A stretch of 64,000 bases of DNA, taken from positions 140,430,001 through 140,494,000 of the forward strand of contig OZ024740.1 of assembly GCA_964016885.1 (NCBI GenBank), in the 5' to 3' direction. Numbering within the stretch: the stretch's first letter is position 1; each line of letters starts with the position of its first letter. The stretch comes from Eledone cirrhosa (lineage: Eukaryota). Below, piece after piece: positions 52,207 to 64,000 of the stretch. The position numbers and the translations under genes are program-made. The notes under the pieces are model-generated. The model saw only the letters and a program-made list of their open reading frames with translations, ran no database searches and was not told where the DNA came from.

Positions 52207-53379
52207 TCACACACACACACACGGATATATGTGAATGTGTGTGTGTTTGTATTTATGTATTTGTTTATAAATATTCGAATATTGTATATATGTTTATATC
52301 AATATAACATTTGATGTGTCTTTTATGCATAGATGTTTATGAACGAAACGTAAATATGGTATATATGGCAGTGTTTGTCTTTGTTGCTTTTCTAACGAAC
52401 GAAGAATTGGTCGTTACACTAATACACATTACTGTTCTTGAATGTATATATGTGTGTGTGGACGTATATTTGTGTAGGTAACAGGTTTCGTGTAAAATTA
52501 CACACATGGATATGGAATATACATTAAATTGAAGTGTAACAAAGGCTTTATATTACACACACACACACACACATACAGTCTTTATATTTGTCTGTGAAAA
52601 CACATACATTCACATGTATAGTCTTAAATTAAACAAAGCCTTTGTGTTTCGATACACTGCTATTTCAAGTTTATATATCCAATAATATTGATGTTATTAC
52701 TATTTTCAATATTTCAACATATGACTGATTCATTCATTGATGTCTGGTTCTCATCTTTGTTTACGTAATTATTTTATACCATGCAGTCAGATTTATCTCT
52801 CCATTAATACACACATATAGTCCCCAAAGCGTTGACTTTATTCTTCCTATGTCAATGATTTTTATATTTTTTTCCTTTCATATCTGAGAAATAGAAATGA
52901 CAGGTAAAGAAAAGGTAAATTTATAGAAAGATACCCCCACCAATTTCAATCGGAAATCTTTTTCTTCGGTTTATTCGTGTTATCAATTAAACTTACCTCA
53001 TAATATGGTCCAAAGGACTTTTTCCTCCCTGAAAAAGAAAGAGAATCATCGGACTTTTTACCCCGCCACCACTGATTTCAGTGGGGAATTTTTTTTTCGT
53101 GTGCTATCAATTAAACATGCCTCCTAATATACTGCAAAGGACTTTTTCCCTCGGCTTTTTTTCGTGTGCTACCAACTAATCTCAATAACTAAATGATATT
53201 AATTTAGGATATTTAGATGATAAATGTGGTAAAACACCAACAAACACATTTGAATATATACAAGGTATCCATTAATCATTTTTACAATTATGATTTATCT
53301 TAACTTAAATAGATACAATAAACTGAAAGTTGTAAAGATAATTTATGGGCACCTAGTATACACACACACATCACCCTAT

Positions 53380-54330
53380 ATCATCATTTTTTCGTCTGTT
53401 TTTCCACGCTTGCATGGGTTGGATGGATCCTACTCAACACGGCATCTCTCCATTTATCGCGTTCCTTTGTCATCTCAGTGATAACGATTTGAGGTCAACT
53501 CTCACAACTTCTGCCCAGGTCTTTCTTGGTCTACCTCAACTGCGGCTTCCTTCCATTGGGATTTCCTGACATATCTTCACCCAGCTGTCATTGTCCATGC
53601 GCATCATATGTCCATACCAACGCAGTCTTCTCTCTTACTCGCTAGCACTTTAGTTTTGGCTAAGTTTACTCTTAGGCATTTTGATTCTGAATTCTGTTTC
53701 CATAATCGGAACTTATTCTCTAGTTCTTTTATGGTTTCGGCTATAAGGACCAAATCATCTGCATATAGAAGTTCCTATGGACAGCCTGTTTTAAACTCTT
53801 CTATTATGGCCTGGAGAACTATGATGAACAGCAGTGGGCTAAGAACCAAACCTTGATGAACCCCTAACTCAACCTTGACTTCCTCACTAAATTCACTTCC
53901 TACTCTCATTTTACTGACAGCTCCTCTGTACATAGCTTGCACTGCTCTAAGAGCCATTTCTTTCACATCTAATTTCCTTAAGGACCACCAGATAATGGAT
54001 CGAGGTACTCTGTCAAAAGCCTCTTCTAAATCAACAAAAGCTACTAGTGGTTTATTTTTGGCCAGGAACCTCTCTTGTAGTTGCCTCACTAGGAAGGAGC
54101 ATCAGTAGTACTTTTCCCAGGTATGCAACCAAACTGCATCTAATCTATTTTGACTCTTTCCCTAATTAGTTGCACACTTTCATAACTTGATCTATTAGTT
54201 GTTTTCATCTGTAGTTGCTTCTTTCTAGAGCATCACCTTTGCCCTTGTAGCAATGTTTGATTGTATTGCTGCACCAATCATTGGATATGACTCTGTCTTG
54301 TATTACTTGATTGACTATGCAGGTTACTGT
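53380..54330 (-). mobile_element. RTE RT fragment, internally deleted
   Basis: RQLQERFLAKNKPL.AFVDLEEAFDRVPR...GVHQGLVLSPLLF. Confidence 0.85.
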
Positions 54331-54379
54331 GTGTGTATATGTATACACACACACACACACACGTGTGTGTGTGTTTCTG

Positions 54380-56252
54380 TCTATATACATATATAATATT
54401 ATGTTGGTGTGTAACAGTTTTACTTTACGTTTATGTGCTTGTTATTGTAACAAATGAAATACCAGTTCATTAAACACCTGTATGTGTACAATACCAGTTC
54501 ATTACAATACCAGTTTATTACACCTGTATGTGTACAAATATGTCAACAATGGTTCTGATGCTGCCATGATGGCGCTACAAAAATGAAATATGTTCGCTGA
54601 GGTGTCCAATTTCCAACACGGCTGATACATCAGCTGTAGAGACTCCTTTTTCTGAAAACACGCAGGAAGTGAGTGGGAACCCTCGGAGTTACAGATAAGC
54701 ACCTCTCAGCTGTTTAAATTTATAGAAAAGCACCTGCTGGGGATTGCGAAGAATTTTTTTTGCTATGTTTTTTTTCATGTTTTCAACTAATCTGACCTAC
54801 ATGCTTGCAATCACCTTCTTTTCTGAAAATGCATTAGAGCAGGGACGCTAGGATTTTCCCAGCCTCGGAGATTTCTTCAGTGAGAATAACAGAGGTGGGA
54901 AAAGAGGGGGTCCCTTGGAGTTACAGACAAGGACCTCTCAGCTGTTTAAATTTATAGAAAAGCAATCCCTTGACACTGAAGGATGTTTTGATCCTTCATC
55001 ATTTTCTACTGCTGTGGAAGGTGTTGTAAATTTAATTAATCAAGTGTTCCCCAATTTCGAAATCCACCATTCAAATGAGGACTGGCTGTGTGAAAGAGCA
55101 ATCCTTGTCCCCCAAAACACCACAATCAATGCCATCAACAAAAATTCTCACAAATGATCCCTGGAGGTAGCCAGATATATACAAAGTTGTCAAGGAGGCA
55201 CATGGCTTAGTGGTTAGAGCATTGGCCTTGCAATCGAAAGGTTGTGAGTTCAATTCTCAGACTGTCTTGAGCAAGACACTTTATTTCATATTGCTCCAGT
55301 TTACTCAGCTGTAGAAATGAGATGATAGGGACTGGGGTTCCTATCATTCCACTGCAAAGTGGTTGTGGAGGTGACACGACAAAAAAGCACCCAGCCCACA
55401 CTGTAAAGTGGACGTGTAGGTGCCACGAAAAAAAAGCACCCAGCACTCACTGTAAATGAGGTTGGTGTTAGGACGGGCATCCAGCTGTAGAAATCAAGCC
55501 AGAATCAGTTCCCGTCCCACCCTTGCAAGCAGGGAAAAGTGGACGTAAAATGAAATGATGATGTCAACGAGGATGAAGCTGTTCATTGTCCTGTTGAATT
55601 TCTCAACAGTCTGGAACCATCCGGTATGCAGCCACACGAACCTTGAATTGAAGGAGTGCACAGTCATTATGCTTCTCAGAAACTTGGGATCAGCCATGAT
55701 TATGCAATGTGATGCATATGGTGGTGACTGAACTACATACAGCCTCACATTATTGAAGCCACTATCTTCATTGGATGTGGTAAGGGAGACATTGTATTTA
55801 TATTTAGAATATCGCTAATACCAACAGATGTCCCTTTTTGTTTCAAATTCCCAGTGAGAGTCAGTTACACAATGACCATTAACAAGTCCCAAGGTCAAAA
55901 ACTGCAGGTTATCAGTCTCCATCTACAAGAGGGCTGATTCTCACATGGTCAGTTGTATGTAGTTTGTTCCAGAGTAGGAAACCTCTACAAGCTCTTCATA
56001 TCTGCTCCAAAGAAAAAAGTTAAAAATATTGTATATACTGAAGTTCTGTAAATGTTTTATAATTTTCGTAGAATACATTTTTCTATTATTTTCTTTATTA
56101 CTTTTTGAATTTAGATATTCTAAATAAATTTTTAAAATTATGTTATGCAATATTTAAATACCTTTTTGATTTCAAGGAAAATGGGCATTACAATAGGTGC
56201 CTTATAGATTTGAACATAGTACAAACTGGGGCAAAGGCCGGGTAGCCACTAG
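54380..56252 (+). mobile_element. Helitron remnant with PIF1-like helicase fragments
   Basis: WLCERAILVP, PVEFLNSLEPSG, IMLLRNL, FPVRVSYTMTINKSQGQ, FSHGQLYVVCSRV. 3' end gcaaaggccgggtagccaCTAG. The 5' boundary (TCTATA) is tentative. Confidence 0.85.
55194..55562 (+). mobile_element. Full-length tRNA-SINE inserted in the Helitron helicase, TSD TGTCAA
   Basis: tgtcaa on both sides. Removing the SINE restores VVNEDEAVHCPVEFLN. Confidence 0.9.
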
Positions 56253-56256
56253 TATG

Positions 56257-56589
56257 TATCATTTCCTTTTACGTCTGCTTTTCCCTGCTTGCAAGGGTGG
56301 GACGGGAACTGATTCTGGCTTGATTTCTACAGCTGGATGCGCTTCCTAACACCAACCTCATTTACAGTGAGTGCTGGGTGCTTTTTTGCTGTGGCACCTC
56401 CACGTCCACTTTGCAGTGGAATGATAGGGACCCCAGTTACTATCATCTCATTTCTACAGCTGAGTAAATTGGAGCAATGTGAAATAAAGTGTCTTGCTCA
56501 AGGAAACAAAACATCACCCGGTCTGAGAATTGAACTCACAACCTTTTGATTGCAAGGCCAATGCTCTAACCACTAAGCCATGTGCCTCC
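56257..56589 (-). mobile_element. Full-length tRNA-SINE
   Basis: Reverse complement of the 47002-47334 family. Confidence 0.9.
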
Positions 56590-56690
56590 ATTTATATATA
56601 TATATAAATAATATATACATATACTTACGAGTGGCCACGTGGCCTTTGCCGCAATCTGTACTGTGTTCAAATCTATAAGGTATATATATA

Positions 56691-57783
56691 TCTATATTAT
56701 ATACTGTATAAACTTGTATATAAGATAAGAAATATGACCCCCCCCCCAAAAAAAAAATCGATGGTATAAATGGGGTGGTGAGTGGGGTGTCTACTTATAT
56801 TCGAGGTCAATATTTTGCTATTTTCGCCAACTTCAAAATTCTATGTGAATGAGGTACTAAAATATTTTCACTGGTGAATATTGTACCAGTTTCACTTTCG
56901 ACGGGAAATTTGTATTTCCTATTGTTTTTGATATGTTTTGAATGAATATGACTAAAAAAAATGGCCAGAAATTGGTAAAAACTCATTACGTAATGGAGTT
57001 GTGAAACAAATTATACTCTAAATGAAACTTCATATTTCTCCGGCATAAGCTTGCTGAAGATAGGGCAATGAAAGCAACTATTCGTCAAGAGGAATCAGAT
57101 GTACGAAAATCATCACGACAGCAAATGGAGAAAAATAGAGCAGCTCAAACAATCTGAAGCTCAAACATGTCAAAGGCTATGTGAACAGAGCAAAGACGGA
57201 AAATTTATGATTTAAAAAGGTTGCAGAGTGGAACTTTGCTGCTTTTAATTACGATCCACATTACCTCAGAACCTTAATTTCCTCAATGAATAAAGTTTGT
57301 TCAAATTGTGGTGCTAAAAAATGGAATGGTGAGTCAGCTGGATTGTGCTGTTTAAATGGAAAGATTAAAATCAAACTATTACCTGAACGACCAACACCCT
57401 TGGGGCGACTGCTGATTAGTACAACTACTGAATCAAGACACTGTCTTGAAAATATCCAGCAGTACAATAATGCATTCCAAATGATATCCATGAAGGTGGC
57501 TTTATGTCCATTTTCAAGATCCAAGGGCAAGTGTGCCATAGAATTGGACCACTTCAGCCACTTTCAGAAGAACCAAAATATTTACAACTGTATTTCAACA
57601 GTGATATGAAAACCGAAACATAGACAAGATTTGAAAGGAATAAACTAAGAATGATCACATATTGCAACTAAATGTTATATAAAAGAAACAGTTATATTAG
57701 TAGTTTCAAATATACCCTAGAGAAAGTTTTGAATAGTATTTCATTAATTTCTTTAACCCAAGCAATGCCGGGTACTTCTGCTA

Positions 57784-57784
<1 letters not shown>
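56691..57784 (+). mobile_element. Helitron remnant with N-terminal Rep zinc-finger region
   Basis: CSNCGAKKWNGE...CCLNGKI...ENIQQYNNAFQM. 5' TCTATA and 3' gcaatgccgggtacttctgCTAG before (TA)n. Confidence 0.85.
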
Positions 57785-57833
<49 letters not shown>

Positions 57834-57841
<8 letters not shown>

Positions 57842-58012
57842 AGATTCAGGATCCCAACGGCTGAGCTCCGGCCGTTTCAACAGCTAGATCTAGCTGTCGG
57901 AGCTGACCCGTTGGGGGTCCTGAACCTTTTCATATTACCCACTCTACTACCCCAAGTATCAAGTACTCTGGTGGTTATGGTCCACCTGATTTTTTACCAC
58001 ACCCTATTTGAT
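57834..58012. repeat. Hairpin-containing dispersed repeat (relatives at about 20014-20127 and 47407-47462)
   Basis: atatgaaaagattcagga...tcctgaaccttttcatat inverted arms around the palindrome acagctagatctagctgt. Confidence 0.75.
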
Positions 58013-58189
58013 ATATATATATATATACAAACTAGGGTTAAAAACAAAGCCCTGATGGACACCTGCCTGCATGCTAAATTAGCTATAGTTCTTGTTAATC
58101 TTAACTTCTCTGACTGCTCCTATATACATGGGTTGTATAGCTTTCACAAACCACTCATCTACTCTAGTTTTCTCTCTCTATCACTTTCT

Positions 58190-59700
58190 ATATATATGTC
58201 CCCTGTTCCATTATCTGGTGGGCTCTTAGATAACTAGGAGTAGGAGAGTGGCTTGTGAGGGCAGTACAAGCCATATATAGAGGAACAGTCAGCAAAGTCA
58301 GAATTAACAATGACTAAAGCAAAGAATTTAGCATACAGGTTGATTCAATTAGGGCACAGTTCTTAGCCCTCCCCTGTTTATTATTGTCCTGCAGGCTATA
58401 ACGGGGGAGTTTAAGACTGGCAGCCCATGGGAACTCCTGTATGCAAATGACTTAACCCTTATAGCTGAATTAGAGAAGAAATTCCAAACTTGGAAGCATG
58501 GCCTAAAATCAAAAAGTCTTAAAGTTAACTCATCAAAGACCAAAGTCTTTGTATGTAGAAAGGAAAGCAGGGCCCAGATTCTCTCAGGGAATAGCAGTGT
58601 ACAGAAAAGAAGTAGGTAGAAATTCCATCCTATGTCTCAAATACAAACTATGGGTACGCAAGAGATATAGTGGGATCTCAAGCAGGCTAAGAAAAAATGT
58701 AGGTAGGTTTTACTTGTGGCCAACACACACGTGCAAGTAAATAGCAAGAGCTCACAGGATACAAACTCCTTTAAGTACGCAGAGGGCTCTGTAGTAGATA
58801 GTTTCTGTTACTTAGGTGACAGTAACTAGAGTGAGAACAGGCTGGAGAAAGTTCAGGAAGTTACTACTGCTGCTAACTACAAACATTTTTCCCTCAAAAT
58901 GAAGGGCAGATTGTATGATGCATGTATACGAACAGTTATGTTGCATAGTAGCGAGACCTGGGCACTGTATTGAGAGGCCCTGAAGATTGGATAGAAATGA
59001 AGCTTCCATGCATAAATGAACTGTGAGGGAAATTAGGCATAAGAGGGATCAGATGCAGTGTGCAGGAGAGGAGATTATGATGGTGTGGACATGTGATGTG
59101 TATGAAGGATGACAGCTGTATAAAAAGGTGCAGAGCGCTCAAAGTTGATAGAATCTATGGAGTGAGAAGACTTGGGATGAGGTGATAAAAGCTGTCCTTG
59201 CATACAATTGCACTTCTCATAGGCAATGGCACTGAACCACGATCTCTGGCGCTATGCAGGGGCTGAGTCATACATCTAGAATGCACCACCTTCCCTCCCA
59301 TTACCCCACACATACAGCTTCCCACATTGTAATCACCCCATTCCTAGATTTACCTCCCCAATCACTGTGCATCTCTCCTACCCAAGTCCCCAATCCATAC
59401 TATTAAGTGGTCATCTTTGTGACATTACAATGAGTGCCTTCTCCACACTGAAAAGTGGTTGTGTAGGTGTCACAACAAAAAGCGCCTAGTCTACACTGTA
59501 AAGTGGTAGTGTAGGTGTCATGACAAAAACTGCCCAGTACACACTGTAAAAGTAGTTGGTGTTAGGAAGGGCATTTAGCCATAGAACCCAAGCAAAAAAC
59601 AGTTCTGTGTGAATAAAACACAGTCCTCTGATCTGGTTTGTCTCACAACGGGACACTTGTCAAACCCATGCTAGTATGGAAAATGGATGTTAAACGAGAT
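58190..59700 (+). mobile_element. Degraded RTE 3' half
   Basis: WELLYANDL, GRNSILCLKYKLWVRKR and GRLYDACIRT remnants, plus the 3'UTR. Confidence 0.8.
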
Positions 59701-59713
59701 ATATATGTATGTG

Positions 59714-59793
<80 letters not shown>

Positions 59794-59821
59794 ATATATA
59801 TGTGTATATGTATATATGCGT

Positions 59822-60420
59822 ATGGTGGCTGCAAACTCTGCTAACAGTAGTGCAATTGCTTGTCAGATTCAGATGTGTGACTCTCGGATATGGCTTTTCA
59901 AGCCTGCTAGAGACTTGCACTCCTTCGCACATTGGCGACAACTATGGATCTCCCTTTCCTCAGGTCTTGCATCAGGTTGCCTGTGAACTTTCACAATACT
60001 GTCGAGATCATAGTTCACTGGTTCTCTTTGAACATGGCTGTGGCTCCTGAGACCAGATTTGCTCAAGCAAATCTTTCCACACTCAGGGCACACCAATTCA
60101 ATGGAGACACTGATCGTTTGGAGAGATACACCGGGGCATTGCTTACACACACCCCGTTTGATCTTCTCGTGCTCTGTGTCTGTCCTCAAAATTATGGACA
60201 CCATTCCACACCAAGTTTCTCTTTCAGGAGCTTCTATCTCCCAATCAACCACCATCAAACCAGTTTTTTTTCAATGAGTCCTTTACACAATCCTTGAATC
60301 GGAGCTTTGGTTTGTGAGGTGATCTCTTAGCTTTACAAAGCTCGCCATACAAAAGTTTTGGGATTCGATCATCCTCCATTTTGCAGAGGTGTCCGGTCCA
60401 TCGCAAACGTTGGCATGTCA
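59822..60420 (-). mobile_element. BovB-like RTE 3' end with two C2H2-type fingers
   Basis: RIPK.LYGEL remnant, then CPECGKICLSKSGLRSHSH and CRQCAKECKSLAGLKSHIRESH. Confidence 0.75.
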
Positions 60421-62178
60421 CTGGACTCTAGTTGTGGATACTCAGAGAGTGGTACTCGTGTTGTACAACTGTTTACCACTTTATTTATTTACTTTACCGG
60501 TTTTAGTTCTTATGATTTTCGAAAGTAAAATTGTGGTTTGTCTCACATATATATATAAAACCTTGCCTCTGTATCATGCTATGGAACTATCTATTTATTT
60601 TCTCATTTGAGTCTTTGTGTATAAGGCCAGGTTCTATAGCACCAGCATTTCCCTCACTATTATTGTTTTTGTCTATGCTGAATCTGGATTGTATTCTCAC
60701 ATTCACTAAAATAATAAAGTATACCACCAGTCTGTCGAATCATATTTACTTATAAATGTGTGCCTGTATACCTTTGTTTCTGAATGTGTTCCATATTTGT
60801 GCATAGATGAATACTCTCGCGAATTAAATCCATGTATGTATTCTAACGTTTCTCTCTCTACATGGTTATGTATATATGTGTTTATATATATATATATATA
60901 TGTATATGTCTATCAATATATGTGTGCTTATGTATATATTTATATATATAAATGACCGGTTAACCAATGAGGAAAAGGAAAATCTGAAATTTGGTACATA
61001 GTTCTCCCAACGCAAATGGCTATAATAATAGTCTTTACGTTGCGACGACTACATCTATGTGTGTGTATATGTGAAGTAGAATTTCAATCCTTTATATATA
61101 ACATTGCATCTTTCCAATACTGCGGATGCCGACTTTACACCCAGTATGAAAACACTGTTTCAATAAGAATAATAAACATAAACAAATACAATGTGTATGT
61201 ATTAGTAACGACCTATTGTGTCTGTATGTGTATGTGTGAATGTATGTTTTCCGGAGATAACAGAACTGAACCACAGTTAAAGAAGGTACGCAATACATTA
61301 GTAGTAAATATACATATTTATTTTATATAGAAAGGACTTGTACTGTTTCATTCATTTGAAATCATCACGGAAATGTTTGTATATCAATCATTATATACAC
61401 ACGTCGTCCATCTACGGTTATTTCTCATCTGCGATATAAGCAAAACTAGCGACGACTATGGTGGTGTTAGCTGTTCGCAAGGATACGATAATTCCCCCAT
61501 TGTTTTTTCTCCATAGAGAAAACCTAAGCTTTTTCTACCCCTCTTTTATTAAAGGATTAGCTATTTTTCTATTAACTGGATATAATATTAGCCGTTTGTT
61601 GCCAGTTTGGCAATTAGCGATTTGGCCTATACGGAGAGAATGGTGCTGTTATATGGAATATTGTTAGAGAAACTCGGAGTAGCGAAAGAATGAATCATCA
61701 AATTCGAATAAAACGCGCACGCACACACTCATTCTCTTTCACTCTCTCATCCAACCTGTTGACAGCAATGGACATATTTCCGTCTTAGATCTCCTCAAAG
61801 TTAGTAAGACTCAACCGACCAAATAAGTATAGAAAAAAGGAATGAAATTTTCTGTGTTAAAGATGAGTAAAGTGAAAATTGCCTCCATAAATGTGGTGGG
61901 AAAAACACTTCAATCAATCATACCGTATGTGTGCGTGTGTGTATTGGAGGAGGGGTGTACAGACGTATTAACTGAACGAGCACTCAATACATTTAAGCAG
62001 AATGATTTATTTTCCAAGGTAAAAGCGGGCAGTGACTTCCAGGTTTCGGGCAGTCTGAAGATGCAACACAGTCTGACTTTCCTAGTAGCTGCCAGCTTTT
62101 TTTTTACTGCCCCCCCCCCCCCCCCCCCCCCAAAAAAAAACAACAAAAAAAAAAGCAGAATATGTACGTATGGGCATA

Positions 62179-62220
<42 letters not shown>

Positions 62221-62240
62221 GGTCAAATACAGTTTTTTGT

Positions 62241-62566
62241 GAAGGTACGTGGTTTAATAGTTAGAGCGTCGGATTCGCAAACATGAAGTTGTGTTCGATT
62301 CCCGAACCAGGCGGTGCGTTCTTGAGCAAGACACTTTATTTTACGTTGCTTCAGTTCACTCAGCTGCAGAAATGAGTTGCCAGGGCACTGGTGCCAAGCT
62401 GTATTGGGCTTTGACAATATCGGTGGCGTGGAGAGGGGAGACTGGTATGCATTGGCGATTGCTGGTCTTCCACAAAAACACCTTGCCCGCACTTGTGCCT
62501 CGGAAGGGAAACTTTCAAGGTGCATATCCCATGGTCATTCGTAACCGAAGCGGGTCTTTACCCTCT
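62241..62566 (+). mobile_element. tRNA-derived SINE, third family (partial relatives at about 63013-63170 and 63412-63550)
   Basis: tggtttaatag A-box-like, gtgttcgattccc B-box, shared cttgagcaagacacttta core. Confidence 0.75.
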
Positions 62567-64000
62567 TTATGTATATATACTTCGTTTTTTTTTTTACATA
62601 TAGATTTATATGTGTATATATGTCTGTGTGTGTATCTGTGTGCATTTACACACACATACAAAATTTGTTTTTTATGTTTTTGTAGCGTCAGTTCCGTTTC
62701 TGAATGTGTTCACATGACAGTTTTATTTACATAACAAGCGGTAAATAACAACTACATTATGTGTGTGTGTGATGATGGCAATTATGATGTATGTGCAGAA
62801 ATGTAACGTCATGACATCACATGAGCACGTGCCCTTGTGTGTATATTTGTCAGGTCTCTTTTATTTCGACAAAAAAACCACAGCAAATCTATAAACATTT
62901 TATGGGGATGTTTCGCTTTAGGTATATAAAATGACACAATAAAATGAAAGTGATTTAAAGTAAAAGGAAAAACCTGCAAATACAATTAAACTATTCATAT
63001 ATACTTCAAACGGAGGGTGTTGTAGTCTAGTGGTTAGGGTATTGAACTCACAATCATAAGGTCGTGGCTTCAATTCCTGTATCGGGCAGATTGTTGTGTC
63101 CTTTAACAAGACGCTTCATTTCACGTTGCTCTAGTTTATTCAGCGGAAAAAGAAAATGAGTACTAGTATCAGCTTGGGGTTAACCTTATACATATTAATT
63201 CACACACACACACATAGTTTTCTATAAATGAATATTGATGAAGCAGATGATGACCATGCACAAGTTTCTCACAACCACTAGCTGTACTTTGATTTTGTTG
63301 TTGTTTGCTGAAGGTGTAATGAGCTTCTAGTGGTGCTACTCCTTTTTTCAAGATGGTGTCTGGTTATTGAAAGATTGTATATATTATATGTACTTGTGTG
63401 TATGTATTACCATACAGTAGTGGTTGGGGTGCTGTGCTCATGATTGTAAGGTCATGAGTTCAGTACCAGGATTGTGCTACATGCATCATTGAGTAAGAAG
63501 CTGTATCTGATGGTTCTCCAGTCCACTTAGGTAGAAAAAAATGACTGCAATCATCCTGGTGCACTGTCTTCAAGTGATTTAACCAATTATCGACTTCACT
63601 ACTTTTTTTCAAATCTGGTACTTATTTTTCGAACTGTTTGTCAAATCACTAAGTTATGGGAGATAAACAAATAGTAAGAGTAGATACACACGCATACATA
63701 CATACATACATGATGGACTTCTGCACAGTTTCTGTCCACTGAATTTCACTCATTAGGATTGAATCTGATTGCGTCGTTAGAGTACCAGAATAATTAATTG
63801 TTTTTAAACTGTTAGTGGAGGTGTGCTGTGTGTATATGGTCCAAAGCTCTTAACTTTCAGTAGGTCAATCTATTTAGTGTTGGTGCTATGATAAGATGCA
63901 TACAGTACCTCTGTAAAGTAGTTGGCAAATGGGCAATAAAATGGCAACCTAGCTAGTGTTGGTGCTACAATAAAATACATCTAGTACACACTGTAAATTA

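Overview
Repeat-rich, AT-rich animal genomic DNA, most likely a coleoid cephalopod such as Octopus. This is an inference from the (TA)n/(CA)n/(CAT)n microsatellites, tRNA-derived SINEs and RTE LINEs. Two host genes are recognisable: an intronless DNA polymerase beta CDS (28417-29427, -) with a 5'UTR splice acceptor, and the first coding exon of a TspanC8-type tetraspanin (51817-51909, +). Most of the rest is mobile DNA: one nearly intact RTE LINE and many fragments, BovB-like RTEs (some with C-terminal C2H2 fingers), CR1, a Penelope-like RT, Helitrons, a mariner remnant and SINEs. The strongest signal not shown by the ORF track is a set of six minimal type I hammerhead ribozyme motifs in two sequence families, plus one decayed copy. 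They show compensatory stem changes and share an AUA cleavage triplet and a C.C mismatch in stem II. Three of them frame a 2.8 kb non-coding element (150 bp direct repeats 2393 bp apart plus a ~254 bp inverted repeat) just downstream of POLB, resembling an unusually large retrozyme or non-autonomous Penelope-like element. The first 8 kb is a 6580 bp tandem duplication in which an (AACACT)n satellite grades into a frameshifted, codon-patterned (Asp/Asn)-(Ala/Thr/Val) repeat sequence. All folds and alignments were done by eye and no database search was run.
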